Positions 1 to 9,408 of a DNA stretch of 64,000 nucleotides are shown here, in pieces. This DNA is from Acidobacteriota bacterium (GTDB lineage Bacteria > Acidobacteriota > Polarisedimenticolia > Gp22-AA2). Each line of letters opens with the position of its first letter. Position 1 is the stretch's first letter. A program made the position numbers and the translations under genes. Under the pieces are notes generated by a model, which saw only the letters and a program-made list of their open reading frames with translations, ran no database searches and was not told where the DNA came from. The DNA lies in the NCBI GenBank assembly GCA_046758905.1, contig JBHIBC010000005.1, forward strand, positions 4,656 to 68,655, written 5' to 3'.

Positions 1-368
1 TCCTGGGTCGGGTCGGCGACCCTAGAGGTCACCTCCTGCTCCAGAAGCTGTTCGACCGCGATGTCCCTCGCCGCCGCCTCGAGCCTCAGGACGCGCTCGC
101 TGATCATCGCGTCGAGCACCTGCCGGCGGATCCGGTACTCGTCCATCCGGACCTTGCTGAGCCGGGTGGCGGCACGCGCGTCGACCTCCTCGAGGCTGAA
201 GACGTGCTCGCCGACGGTCGCGGCGACCGCGCCGGGGGCCTCGGCGGCCCGATCGGCGGAGGGCGCGGGGCCGACCTCGCCGGCGCTGCCGACGGACAGC
301 CCGATGATGATCGCCGCCAGGGCCGCGGCGGCGCTCAGGAACAAGGTCTGCGCTGGTCGCCGTGTCAT
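1..368 (-). CDS. Periplasmic thioredoxin/DsbA-like (or SurA-like) protein, N-terminal fragment (gene continues beyond window start)
   Basis: Minus-strand ATG at 368..366 preceded by AGGAGGG. Translation MTRRPAQTLFLSAAAALAAIIIGLSVG... is signal-peptide-like, followed by VATVGEHVFSLEEVDARAATRLSKVRMDEYRIRRQVLDAMISERVL, the pattern typical of N-termini of DsbA-family/SurA-like periplasmic proteins. Truncated by the window edge. Confidence 0.4.
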   Translation of the reverse strand, partial: MTRRPAQTLFLSAAAALAAIIIGLSVGSAGEVGPAPSADRAAEAPGAVAATVGEHVFSLEEVDARAATRLSKVRMDEYRIRRQVLDAMISERVLRLEAAARDIAVEQLLEQEVTSRVADPTQ

Positions 369-458
369 GAGAGCCCTCCTCGAGGCTCCGTCTTGGAGCG
401 CGAGCCGCATCATCTTAGCAGTGCGGCGCCTCGGCCGTAAAGACCGCCCGGCCGCGGA

Positions 459-3395
459 TCAGCCGCGGGTCGGCCCCGGCGCCCTGAACTCCATGTCGGC
501 GTCCAGGGCGGCGGTGATGCGGGCCCGGGCCTCGTCCAGGTGGGCCCGGGTGACCGCGTCGAGCCCGGCGCCCTCCCGGCCCAGGACCGAGTCGATGCCC
601 GAGCGGATCGCCGTCAGGTCGGCGCGCGCCAGCGTGCGGGCGTCGGCCGGGATGGTGGCCGGGCCCGCCTGCAGGAGGATCCCGATGAGGGTATCCAGGT
701 GCTTGCGCTGCAGGTTGCGGCGGAAGGAGTTGATGTTGCTCCGGTCGGCCAGCTCCTGCCAGATCGCCCGCCGCATCCCCGAGAACATCTCGGCCATCGT
801 GAAGGCCTCGGAGGCGCTCTCGTAGTGCGCCTCCAGATCGCTCAGGCGCGACAGGGTGATCGGGTGGTAGAGGCGGTCGATCGGCAGCGACTGGACCAGC
901 AGCACCAGGTCGTGGATCGGCAGATCGTTGCGCGCGCGCGTCCAGAACACCCCCTCCGGGTCCGGCAGGCGCTCCACCGCGAGCTTGTTCAGCAGCGCCG
1001 GGGGAAGCCGGAACGCGTCCGGGGCGAAGATCTCCCGCGTCAGGAAGCGCAGCGCGGCGCGCTGCTCGGCCGCCGCGACCGGATCGTAGGGGACGCGGCC
1101 GTTCGGGTCGCCGATGTGATCGCGGTGGTGGCGGATCCCGCCGACGTACTTGGGGACGTTGAGCGCCGCCGGCAGGAGCTCGCCGAAGCCCTGCCCGAAG
1201 ACCAGCAGCAGCTTCTGGTAGCGCGTCCCCGGCTCGCTGAACTTCTCGTCCATCACCGAGAACAGCTCGCGGGCGAGGCCGATGCGGTGCGTGTAGTACT
1301 CGAGGATCTCATCCCCGATGTCCCACATGCTCGAGTCCGGGTCCATGCCGCGCGGGCTCCCCGTGAAGGTGTCCTCGTCGGTCGCGTAGGCCAGCGTCGG
1401 GTCGGCGGCCCGGGAGGCGATCCTCTCGAGCTCCGGCCTCTCGCCCTGGATCGTCGCGGAGTCGATCGGCTTGTAGGCGTACTCGATCGCGAAGCGGTCG
1501 TAAGGACCGATGGTGGTCTGCCAGTACTGGCCCTGCGTCTGCCCCTCGAACGCGAGGTTGACCGGCGTGTAGTCCATGACCGATCCGGTCAGCCCGATCC
1601 GCTCGGTCATCTCCACGTCCTGGACCTCCGCGAGGGAGTGGATCTTGCTGGCCTTGAAGTTGTGGCGCAGCCCGAGCGTGTGCCCCACCTCGTGGAGGGT
1701 CACGTGGATGAGGAAGTCGTTGACGTAGTTCTCCTCCGTCTCCGGGTCCATCAGGCCCCGGGCCCGGAGGAGGCTCCAGCCGAGCGAGAGCTGGTGCCGC
1801 AGGCCGCGGGCGTAGTCGCAGTGCCCCAAGGCCGCGGGGGGCAGTCCGGGGCGCGCCCCCGCGCCGAGCATGGGGGGCGGGGCCTCCCCGAGGCCGGGGG
1901 TGCTGGCCAGAAGCGTCTCGGGGGAGAAGGGCCCGAGCAGCGCGGTCCATCCCTCGAGCCTCTTCAGGAGGGCCGCGGTGCCCGTGGACCCGGTCCCGGG
2001 CGGGAGCGGCCAGGCCAAAGGCGCCACCAGCTCGCCCGCCTCGCGGCGCACGTTGCGGATCATGTCGGCGCTGAAGCGGATGTCGGCGTCGTAGATCTGG
2101 CCGGTGTACGGGTCGATCCGCGAGGGCCCCTGGGCGAAGCCGGCGTGCGGGGCGACGATCCAGCGGATGGACGAGTAGCGCACGTCGGCGGGGTCCCAGT
2201 CCGGATCGTCCGGCGGGTCCTTGGCGACCACGGCGTTGCGGAACCCGATCGCCTCGAAGGCAGGGTTCCATCGCAGGATCCCCTGCCGGACCGCCTCGCG
2301 GTACGCGACCGGGATCGAGCGGTCCAGGTAGAACACGATCGGCTGCTTCGGCTCCGAGATCTCGGCCGAGGGGTCCGCCTTCTCCAGGTGCCAGCGCGTG
2401 ACGTATCGAAGGTGCGGGTCCTCGGGGCGATCGCTGCTGTAGTCGCCGGCCATCGCCAGGAAATGGCCGACGCGGTCGTCCGCGAGGCGCGGCCGGTAGC
2501 CGGTGTCGGGCAGCTCCGAGATCGAATAGTAGAAGCGGAACAGGAGGCTCCTCGGGTCCGCGGCGTAGACCACCGGCCGCTTGACGTCGTTCGTCCTGAA
2601 GTGCAGCACCGTCTCGAGATCGACGTTGTGCGGGAAGGCCTTCACCCGCGCCACCGAGCTGCGCTCCCGGTCGAACTGGAAGGGCAGCTCGAACAGCGCC
2701 TTGAGGTAGGGGGACAGGCCCTCGAGGTCCCCCAGGAAGATCGACCCCAGATCGACGAGCACGCTCTTCCTGTCGGGGTGCGGCCGGCTCAGGATCTTCC
2801 CCTGCCCGACGACGGCGTCGGGGGCGGCGAGCGAGGCCGGCTCGCGCAGGGTCGACCCCTCGTCGGCGCGGAACATGGTGTTCCGGTGGATCAGCTGGAC
2901 CCTCTTTCCCGCGCGGTGGAAGGAGACGACGTACTCCTGCAGCACGTCGGCCGGGTAGACGAACCCCTGGCCGAGTCCCGAGACCAGGGTCGGGTTCAGG
3001 AGGAACGGCTCGTCGAACTGGTCGGGGGAGATCTCCAGGAGGTACTTGCCCTCGTCCTCCTTGACGTAGACGTTGAACAGCCCCTTGTGGACCGTGGCGT
3101 CCTTGACCACCTTCTCGAAGGGCGGCTCCTTCGGCTTGTCCTTCCCCTTGCCGTCCTTGTCCTTCCCGGACTTGTCGTCGCCCTTGTCCTTGTCCTTTTT
3201 CCTGCGCTCGCGCTTTCCGCCCACCTGGCCGGTGAGGGGGTCGCCCGCGGCGGTCAGGGACTCCCATCCCCCGCCGGCGGCCCCGTCGGAGCGCACGGCC
3301 GGGGCGGCGGCCGCCGGGGCCGCTAGGAGGGCGCAGAGGGCCGCCGCCGCGGCGGCGGGACACAGGGACCAGAAGCGCGGGATGGATCCAGTCAT
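459..3395 (-). CDS. Secreted zinc-dependent metalloprotease (DUF4953/DUF5117/DUF5118 family)
   Basis: 979 aa. Start ATG at 3395..3393 with AGGAGG 6 nt upstream; signal peptide MTGSIPRFWSLCPAAAAAALCALLAAPAAAAP. HEXXH zinc motif LHEVGHTLGLRHNF with downstream SVMDY, characteristic of this family. The longer 1374-aa ORF extension upstream has no RBS and overlaps the next gene. Confidence 0.8.
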   Translation of the reverse strand: MTGSIPRFWSLCPAAAAAALCALLAAPAAAAPAVRSDGAAGGGWESLTAAGDPLTGQVGGKRERRKKDKDKGDDKSGKDKDGKGKDKPKEPPFEKVVKDATVHKGLFNVYVKEDEGKYLLEISPDQFDEPFLLNPTLVSGLGQGFVYPADVLQEYVVSFHRAGKRVQLIHRNTMFRADEGSTLREPASLAAPDAVVGQGKILSRPHPDRKSVLVDLGSIFLGDLEGLSPYLKALFELPFQFDRERSSVARVKAFPHNVDLETVLHFRTNDVKRPVVYAADPRSLLFRFYYSISELPDTGYRPRLADDRVGHFLAMAGDYSSDRPEDPHLRYVTRWHLEKADPSAEISEPKQPIVFYLDRSIPVAYREAVRQGILRWNPAFEAIGFRNAVVAKDPPDDPDWDPADVRYSSIRWIVAPHAGFAQGPSRIDPYTGQIYDADIRFSADMIRNVRREAGELVAPLAWPLPPGTGSTGTAALLKRLEGWTALLGPFSPETLLASTPGLGEAPPPMLGAGARPGLPPAALGHCDYARGLRHQLSLGWSLLRARGLMDPETEENYVNDFLIHVTLHEVGHTLGLRHNFKASKIHSLAEVQDVEMTERIGLTGSVMDYTPVNLAFEGQTQGQYWQTTIGPYDRFAIEYAYKPIDSATIQGERPELERIASRAADPTLAYATDEDTFTGSPRGMDPDSSMWDIGDEILEYYTHRIGLARELFSVMDEKFSEPGTRYQKLLLVFGQGFGELLPAALNVPKYVGGIRHHRDHIGDPNGRVPYDPVAAAEQRAALRFLTREIFAPDAFRLPPALLNKLAVERLPDPEGVFWTRARNDLPIHDLVLLVQSLPIDRLYHPITLSRLSDLEAHYESASEAFTMAEMFSGMRRAIWQELADRSNINSFRRNLQRKHLDTLIGILLQAGPATIPADARTLARADLTAIRSGIDSVLGREGAGLDAVTRAHLDEARARITAALDADMEFRAPGPTRG

Positions 3396-3566
3396 CGTCT
3401 CCTCCTGACGGGAAGGGAACGCCCCCCGGGCAAGGACGTTCCGGCGGGGGGTCCGGCGGCGCGCGCACCCCTGCGAAAATGAGCACAACGTCCTACTTGA
3501 AATGGCCGGGCCGCGGTACAATACCACTCTCCCGCAAAAAATCCCAGTCAGGAGGCCAGTGCGCCC

Positions 3567-4016
3567 ATGAAGTACCGTCAGCCCGGCTACAGGGACGGCG
3601 AATACAGGGAGGAGAGGGAACGCGAGCGCCAGGAGAGGCGCGGCCCGCGGGGCCCCCGCGGGCCCCGGGGCGCGCCGCGCGAGGCCACCCTCGTCCGGCG
3701 CTGCTTCCAGTGCGGCCACCAGGAGCCGGCCTCGCTCGGCGTCGAGCGGGGGACCCTGTGCCCCACCTGCAGCGCCCCCGCGCACTGCTGCCGCAACTGC
3801 GTCCACTTCGATCCGGGGGCCCGCTTCGAGTGCCGGGAGTCGATCCCGGCCCGGATTCCCTCCAAGACCGGGGCCAATGACTGCGCCTTCTTCCGCCCCG
3901 AGACGGTCCTCGACGCCACCGGGCGGCGCATCGTGACCCCGGGGCCCGACGAGGCCCGCGGCGGCAAGATCAGCGACGCCCGGGCCGCCTTCGACGCCCT
4001 GTTCAGGAAGAAGTAG
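3567..4016 (+). CDS. Hypothetical zinc-ribbon protein (Cys-rich)
   Basis: 149 aa; AGGAGG RBS 7 nt upstream of ATG. CFQCGH...CPTC...CCRNC...C cysteine cluster suggests a zinc ribbon. Basic/acidic low-complexity N-terminus. Confidence 0.5.
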   Translation: MKYRQPGYRDGEYREERERERQERRGPRGPRGPRGAPREATLVRRCFQCGHQEPASLGVERGTLCPTCSAPAHCCRNCVHFDPGARFECRESIPARIPSKTGANDCAFFRPETVLDATGRRIVTPGPDEARGGKISDARAAFDALFRKK

Positions 4017-4107
4017 CGGGCCGATCCCTAAGGGGCATGACATCCCGGCCCGCCGACGGCGCCGCGTCGGGGACGGCGGTCGGGGGCCCGGGGGCGGGCG
4101 TGCTACC

Positions 4108-4887
4108 ATGGCCGCGGGCATGGACCTCGGACTCCAGGGCCAGGTCGTCCTCCTCGTCGGCGCCAGCCGCGGGATCGGTTTCGCGACGGCCAGGGCGTTC
4201 GCGGCCGAGGGGTGCCGGGTGTCGATGGTGGCGCGCGGCGCCGGACCGCTGCGGGAGGCGGCGCGCGAGGTCGGGGCCCGAGCCGAGGTCTTGACGATCG
4301 CCGCCGACGCCGCCCGCGAGGAGGACGCCGCCAGGGCGGTCCGGGTGACGCTCGACCGCTTCGCGCGCATCGACGTCCTGGTTAACCTGGTCGGCGGGTC
4401 GCACGGCGAGGCCGGGATCGCCGCCGGCGATGCCGACTGGGAGGCGGTCCTCGACGCCAACCTGCGCGCCGCCGTCCGGATGACCCGTCTGGTCGTCCCC
4501 GGGATGCGCGAGCGGAGGCGCGGCGCGATCATCAACGTGTCGTCGATCTTCGGGCGCGAGTGGGGCGGCGCCGCCTCGTACAACGCCGCGAAAGCGGCGC
4601 TGATCGCCTACACCAAGAGCTGCGCGCGGGAGCTGGCGCCGCACGGGGTTCGCGTGAACAGCATCGCCCCCGGCTCGGTCCTCTTCCCCGGGGGCTCCTG
4701 GGACCGCCGCCGCAAGGCCGACCCGAAGAGGATCGAGGCCTTCGTCGAGCGGGAGCTCCCGCTCGGCCGCTTCGGGAAGCCCGAGGAGGTCGCCGCCGCG
4801 ATCGTGTTCGTGGCGTCGCCCGCGGCGTCGCTCGTCATCGGCGCCTGCCTGAACGTCGACGGCGGGCAGAGCCGGTCCCTCTTCTGA
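4108..4887 (+). CDS. SDR family NAD(P)-dependent oxidoreductase
   Basis: GASRGIG cofactor motif, NxxG, catalytic YNAAK (YxxxK), and a C-terminal region typical of short-chain dehydrogenases. Alternative start at ATG 4121 (MDLGLQG...). Confidence 0.85.
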   Translation: MAAGMDLGLQGQVVLLVGASRGIGFATARAFAAEGCRVSMVARGAGPLREAAREVGARAEVLTIAADAAREEDAARAVRVTLDRFARIDVLVNLVGGSHGEAGIAAGDADWEAVLDANLRAAVRMTRLVVPGMRERRRGAIINVSSIFGREWGGAASYNAAKAALIAYTKSCARELAPHGVRVNSIAPGSVLFPGGSWDRRRKADPKRIEAFVERELPLGRFGKPEEVAAAIVFVASPAASLVIGACLNVDGGQSRSLF

Positions 4888-4907
4888 GACGCAGGGGACG
4901 CTCGCGC

Positions 4908-5585
4908 ATGGCCAGCTTTCACCACCGCCTGCTCCGCGGCGCGGCGCCGGTCTGGCGCGCCGCGATCCGGCACCCGTTCCTGCTCCGGACGGCCGCTGGC
5001 ACCATCTCCCGGAGGGCCTTCGCCCGCTGGATGCGCCAGGACTACCTCTACGTCCGCTCGCTCGTCCCGTTCCTCCACATGGTCGCCGCCGGCTCCCCGC
5101 CCGGGGATCGCCGCGCCTACGCCGAGGCGATCGTCATCCTGCACGAGGAGATCGACCTCTTCGAGAGGATGGCCCGGGCCCGGGGCATCCGGCTGGGGGC
5201 GGGCCGGCGGGCGGACGAGGCGGCCATGGAGCCGGCCTGTCGCGCCTACGTGTCGTTCGTGATGGCGGTCGGGCGCGACCGCCCGCACCCCGAGGCGGTC
5301 GCCGTCCTGTACGGGCTCGAGAGGATCTACCTCGACTCGTGGCGCGGGGTCCGTCGGCGCCTCGGGAGGCGCCGGAGCCCCTGGAGGCCGTTCATCGAGC
5401 GGTGGTCCGGCCCGGGGTACCGGGCCTGGGTCGGTTGGCTCGGCCGGGCGGTCGATCGGGCGGCCCGCGCCGCCTCGCCCGCGACGCGTGCGAGGATGGT
5501 GCGGCTCTTCCTCGACACGGCGCGCCACGAGGTCCGCTTCTGGGACATGGCGCTCAGCGGCGGGCCGCGGCGCCTCCGCTCTTAG
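4908..5585 (+). CDS. TenA/PqqC-family protein (thiaminase II-like)
   Basis: 225 aa, starts 20 nt after the SDR stop. TenA_C-like helical bundle signature (WMRQDYLYVRSLVPF..., conserved acidic/aromatic pattern). Co-directional with the SDR gene. Confidence 0.65.
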   Translation: MASFHHRLLRGAAPVWRAAIRHPFLLRTAAGTISRRAFARWMRQDYLYVRSLVPFLHMVAAGSPPGDRRAYAEAIVILHEEIDLFERMARARGIRLGAGRRADEAAMEPACRAYVSFVMAVGRDRPHPEAVAVLYGLERIYLDSWRGVRRRLGRRRSPWRPFIERWSGPGYRAWVGWLGRAVDRAARAASPATRARMVRLFLDTARHEVRFWDMALSGGPRRLRS

Positions 5586-6531
5586 GCCTCGGCCGGCGCT
5601 TCTCCGCCAGGACGGCGAAGGTCTCGAAGATCATCTGCAGGGCGAGGAAGAGGGTGGCGCCGGTCGGATCGAGCGACGGGGCGACCTCCACCAGGTCCAT
5701 CGCGCGGATCGGGAGCTGCTGCACGAGGCCGCGCGTCAGATCGATCACCTGCCGGCTTGACAGGCCCCCGGGGCCCGGCGCGCCGGCCCCGGGCGCGCAC
5801 GCCGGGTCGGCGACGTCGATGTCGATCGTCAGGTAGACGCTCCCGATCCCCTTCAGGCGGTCCCGGGCCCGTCCGACCACGGCCTCCACCCCGCTCCGAT
5901 CGATCTCCCGCGCCGGGACGAACAGGATCCCCTTCTCCTTCATGAACGCCAGCTCCTCGACGTTGTAGGAGCGGGTCCCCAGGATCAGCAGGTGCTCCGG
6001 CTTCAGGCGGCCCCCGTCGAGCGCGCGGCGGGCGGCGCAGGCGCTCGACAGCCTCGAGCCGTCGTAGGTGTCGAACAGGTCGGGGTGGGCGTCCAGCAGG
6101 ACCAGGCCGAAGCCCTCCGGGAAGTGCGTGGAGAAGCCGCGCACCAGCGGGATGGTGAGCGAGTGATCGCCGCCGATCGACAGCACGAAGGCGTCGCCGG
6201 CGAGCGCCGCCGCCCGGAGCGTCGCGGCCGCCGCGCGCTCGATGCGGGCGAAGTAGTCCAGCCGGGCGCGGTCACGGTCGCGGCCTCCCGCCCCGGGATC
6301 GGGCGGCGCGTCCCCCGCGTCGCGCACCCGCAGCAGCGAGCGGTCGACCACGTACCCCGTCTCGGAGATCGCCGGGGAGGAGGCGGAGATCTCGCGCAGC
6401 CGCGCGGGGGCCTCCGCCGAGCCGCCCCGCCAGCAGGCTCCCCCCTCGTACGGGAGCCCCGTGATCACGACATCGTAAGGCGGCGCGAGATCGGGATCGG
6501 CGAGGCCGCCCCAGAGGTGGCGTCGGATCAT
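5554..6531 (-). CDS. Arginase/agmatinase/formiminoglutamase-family ureohydrolase
   Basis: Mn-binding motifs of the ureohydrolase fold: GGDHSLT, DAHPD, TIDIDVADP. Convergent 32-nt overlap with the TenA-like gene 3' end. Confidence 0.8.
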   Translation of the reverse strand: MIRRHLWGGLADPDLAPPYDVVITGLPYEGGACWRGGSAEAPARLREISASSPAISETGYVVDRSLLRVRDAGDAPPDPGAGGRDRDRARLDYFARIERAAAATLRAAALAGDAFVLSIGGDHSLTIPLVRGFSTHFPEGFGLVLLDAHPDLFDTYDGSRLSSACAARRALDGGRLKPEHLLILGTRSYNVEELAFMKEKGILFVPAREIDRSGVEAVVGRARDRLKGIGSVYLTIDIDVADPACAPGAGAPGPGGLSSRQVIDLTRGLVQQLPIRAMDLVEVAPSLDPTGATLFLALQMIFETFAVLAEKRRPRPKSGGAAARR

Positions 6532-6606
6532 GCGGGAATTGTATCAGCGGGCGGGGGGTTACAATCCACGGATGATGGCCGCGCGAACGGTTTCGAGGGA
6601 TGGCGC

Positions 6607-7158
6607 GTGAGGTCGGTCGTCTCGGCGTTCCTGACGATCGTACTGGTCGCCTCGGCCCTGCCGGGCTGCTCGAGGCGGGGCGGGGAGGCGGTGGCCGGCG
6701 ACGCTCCCGGGCGGGACGAAGGCCCCGCCGCGCCGGTCACCTTCGCCGACCTCGACCGGATCCACCGCGAGCTGGCCTCCCACCGGGGCCACCCGGTGCT
6801 GCTCAATTTCTGGGCGACCTGGTGCGTCCCCTGCATCCGGGAGCTGCCGACCCTGGCGTCGCTGGCCCGCGAGTACGAGCCGGACGGGCCGGCGTTCGTC
6901 GGCGTCTCCTTCGACGCCTGGGTCACCGGCGCGGGGGAGGAGACCGAGCGGCTGGTCCGCGAGTACCTCGCCGCGGCGGGCGTGTCCTACCCCAACCTGA
7001 TCTACTCGGGGGAGCAGGACCCCATCCTGTCCGGATACGACCTGCCGGGCTCCATCCCCTACTCGATCCTCTTCGATGCGGCGGGGCGCAGGGCCGCGGA
7101 CTGGGACGGCGCCCTCGACGCCGCCTCGGTGCGCGAGGCGGTCGACTCGCTCCCCTGA
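6607..7158 (+). CDS. TlpA-family thiol:disulfide oxidoreductase lipoprotein (redoxin)
   Basis: GTG start at 6607 with GAGGGA RBS; lipobox LVASALPGC; thioredoxin active site WATWCVPC (CxxC). The longer ORF from 5992 overlaps the arginase-family gene and is rejected. Confidence 0.8.
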   Translation: MRSVVSAFLTIVLVASALPGCSRRGGEAVAGDAPGRDEGPAAPVTFADLDRIHRELASHRGHPVLLNFWATWCVPCIRELPTLASLAREYEPDGPAFVGVSFDAWVTGAGEETERLVREYLAAAGVSYPNLIYSGEQDPILSGYDLPGSIPYSILFDAAGRRAADWDGALDAASVREAVDSLP

Positions 7159-7191
7159 GCGCTCGCCGCCGGCGCGCGGGCCGCGGCCCGA

Positions 7192-9219
7192 TCAGTACGC
7201 GAGCAGCTCCCGGATCGCGGCGGCGATCCCCTCCACGCTCGGCAGCACCGCCGCCTCCAGGTTGGGCGCGAACGGCACGAAGCAGTCGCGCGCCCCGAGC
7301 CGCCGCACCGGCGCGTCCAGGAACTCGAACGCCCGGTCGGCGATGAGCGCCGCCACCTCGCCGCCCATGCCGCCGAACAGGGGGGCCTCGTGCACCACCA
7401 GGGCCCGGCCGGTGCGCCGCACCGACTCGAGCACCGCGTCGATGTCCATCGGGACGATGGTGCGCAGGTCGATCAGCTCCACCGAGGGCCGGCCCCCGTC
7501 GCCCGCCATCTGGCTCAGGGCCTGCTGCGCCATGTGGACCGCGCGGCCCCAGGCGACGAGGGTGAGGTCGTCGCCCCGCAGGACGGTGCGGGCCTTGCCG
7601 AACGGGATCAGGTAGTCCGGCCCCGGCTCTGGGCTCTTGGAGTAGACCTGCCGGTACAGCCCCTTGTGCTCGAAGAACAGGACCGGGTCCTCCATCCGGC
7701 AGGCGGTCTTGATCAGCCCCTTGGCGTCGGACGCGGTGCTCGGGTAGGCGATGTACCAGCCGGGCGTGTGCGCGTACAGCGACTCCGGCGTCTGGGAGTG
7801 GAAGGGGCCGCCGCGGATGTAGCCGCCCACCGCGACGCGCACCACCATGGGACACGACCACGCCCCGCCGCTCCGCCAGCGCAGGGTCGGGATCTCGTTG
7901 CGCATCTGCATGTAGCCGGGGAAGGAGTAATCGGCGAACTGGATCTCGACCACCGGCCGGTAGCCGCCGATCGCCATCCCCTGCGCGATCCCGACGATGG
8001 TCGCCTCGGCCAGCGGCGAGTTCTCCACCCGTCCCGGGAAAGCTTCGGTCAGCCCGCGCGTGACCCCGAAGACGCCGCCCTTGGGGTCCTGAATGTCCTC
8101 GCCCCACATGACGATCCGGGGGTCGCGCTCCATCTCCTCCCGCAGCCCGTGGTTGATCGCCTCGACCATGGTCACCGGCCGCTCCGAGATCGGGGTGGGC
8201 TCCGGCTCCACGGCGATGACGCGGTTCGGGCTGAAGATGTCGCGCGTCGCGGTGGAGGCGTCGGGATAGGGCCGCTCATCGACGGCGCTCGCCGCCGCCT
8301 CGACCTCGCGCCGCGCGCGCTCGCGCCACTTGTCGATCTCCTTTCCGGTCAAAAGGCCCATCTCGAGGATGCGCATCTCCGTGTGGCGCAGCGGGTCCCG
8401 GCGCCGGGCCTCCTCCATGTCGTCCGGGTGGCGGTACTTGGTCTGATCGTCGGAGGAGGAGTGCGAGTCGATCCGCACCACCATCGCCTCGACGAACAGC
8501 GGGCCCGAGCCGCGGCGCACCTGCAGCACCAGAGGCGTGAGCGTGTTGTACATCTCGGTGAAGCGCGTCCCGTCGACGCGCACCGACCTCATCCCGAATC
8601 CCCGCGCCACCTCGAAGAGCCTGGAGGACGTCTGCTGGGCCTGCGGCACGCTGATGGCGTACCCGTTGTTCTGGATCAGGAACAGGATCGGCAGCCGGTC
8701 GCGCTGCGCCTTGTTGAGGGCCTCGAAGAACTCCCCTTCGGAGGTGGAGCCCTCGCCGCCGGAGACGTAGACGATCTCGTCGCGGCCGTCCATCCTGATC
8801 GCCCGCGCCATGCCCGCGGCGATCAGGAACTGCGTGCCGGTGCAGGCGGTCGGGGAGACGATCCGCAGATCGCGCGAGGAGAAATGCTCCGACATGTTCC
8901 GGCCGAGCGAGTTCGGGTCCCCCTCGCGCGACAGCATCCCGCGGAACAGGTCCTCCAGGGGCATCCCCAGGCCGACCATCAGCGCCTTCTCGCGGTAGTA
9001 CGGGAAGAACCAGTCGCGGCCGGGCTCGAGCAGCAGCGACATCGCGATCTGCACCTTCTCGTGTCCGCGCGCGGAGGCGTAGAAGGAGCACTTGCCCGCG
9101 CGCACGTAGAGGCGGCACCGCTCCTCGACGAAGTAGGCGCGGAGCATCCGCTCGTACAGCGCCAGGAAGGTCTCCGGCTTGATGGTCGGCCGCTTGGTCG
9201 CGACCTTGTTGACGGCCAT
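7192..9219 (-). CDS. TPP-dependent 2-oxoacid dehydrogenase E1 component, fused alpha/beta subunits
   Basis: 676 aa. Start ATG 9219..9217 (MAVNKV...) with GGAGGAG RBS. N-terminal half has the E1-alpha TPP-binding region (GGEGSTSEGEFFEALN, NNGYAIS). C-terminal half is an E1-beta transketolase-like domain (ADYSFPGYMQM, VVRVAVGG, HSQTPESLY). Confidence 0.85.
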   Translation of the reverse strand: MAVNKVATKRPTIKPETFLALYERMLRAYFVEERCRLYVRAGKCSFYASARGHEKVQIAMSLLLEPGRDWFFPYYREKALMVGLGMPLEDLFRGMLSREGDPNSLGRNMSEHFSSRDLRIVSPTACTGTQFLIAAGMARAIRMDGRDEIVYVSGGEGSTSEGEFFEALNKAQRDRLPILFLIQNNGYAISVPQAQQTSSRLFEVARGFGMRSVRVDGTRFTEMYNTLTPLVLQVRRGSGPLFVEAMVVRIDSHSSSDDQTKYRHPDDMEEARRRDPLRHTEMRILEMGLLTGKEIDKWRERARREVEAAASAVDERPYPDASTATRDIFSPNRVIAVEPEPTPISERPVTMVEAINHGLREEMERDPRIVMWGEDIQDPKGGVFGVTRGLTEAFPGRVENSPLAEATIVGIAQGMAIGGYRPVVEIQFADYSFPGYMQMRNEIPTLRWRSGGAWSCPMVVRVAVGGYIRGGPFHSQTPESLYAHTPGWYIAYPSTASDAKGLIKTACRMEDPVLFFEHKGLYRQVYSKSPEPGPDYLIPFGKARTVLRGDDLTLVAWGRAVHMAQQALSQMAGDGGRPSVELIDLRTIVPMDIDAVLESVRRTGRALVVHEAPLFGGMGGEVAALIADRAFEFLDAPVRRLGARDCFVPFAPNLEAAVLPSVEGIAAAIRELLAY

Positions 9220-9408
9220 CCGGCTCCTCCGCCCGGTTGACTGATAGTACATCTCCGGGCCGCCGCGCGCCAACCCGCGCCGGCCGGGGGGGCCCGCGGA
9301 TCCGGTAACCCGCCTCCTTGATCCTCCATTCTCCGCGTCCCTATATTCAGTGCGGTTTTCCCGGGCCGGGACGAGCGGCGCCGGGTCCCTCCCCGGCGGA
9401 GGCGGAGC

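Noticed and set aside
540-3486. Long ORFs on both strands (540..3326 +, 1309..3486 -) overlapping the metalloprotease gene
   Set aside because: Antisense and alternate-frame ORFs typical of 70% GC DNA; Arg/Gly/Pro-rich low-complexity translations, no RBS, no motifs. The HEXXH protein on the minus strand explains the region.
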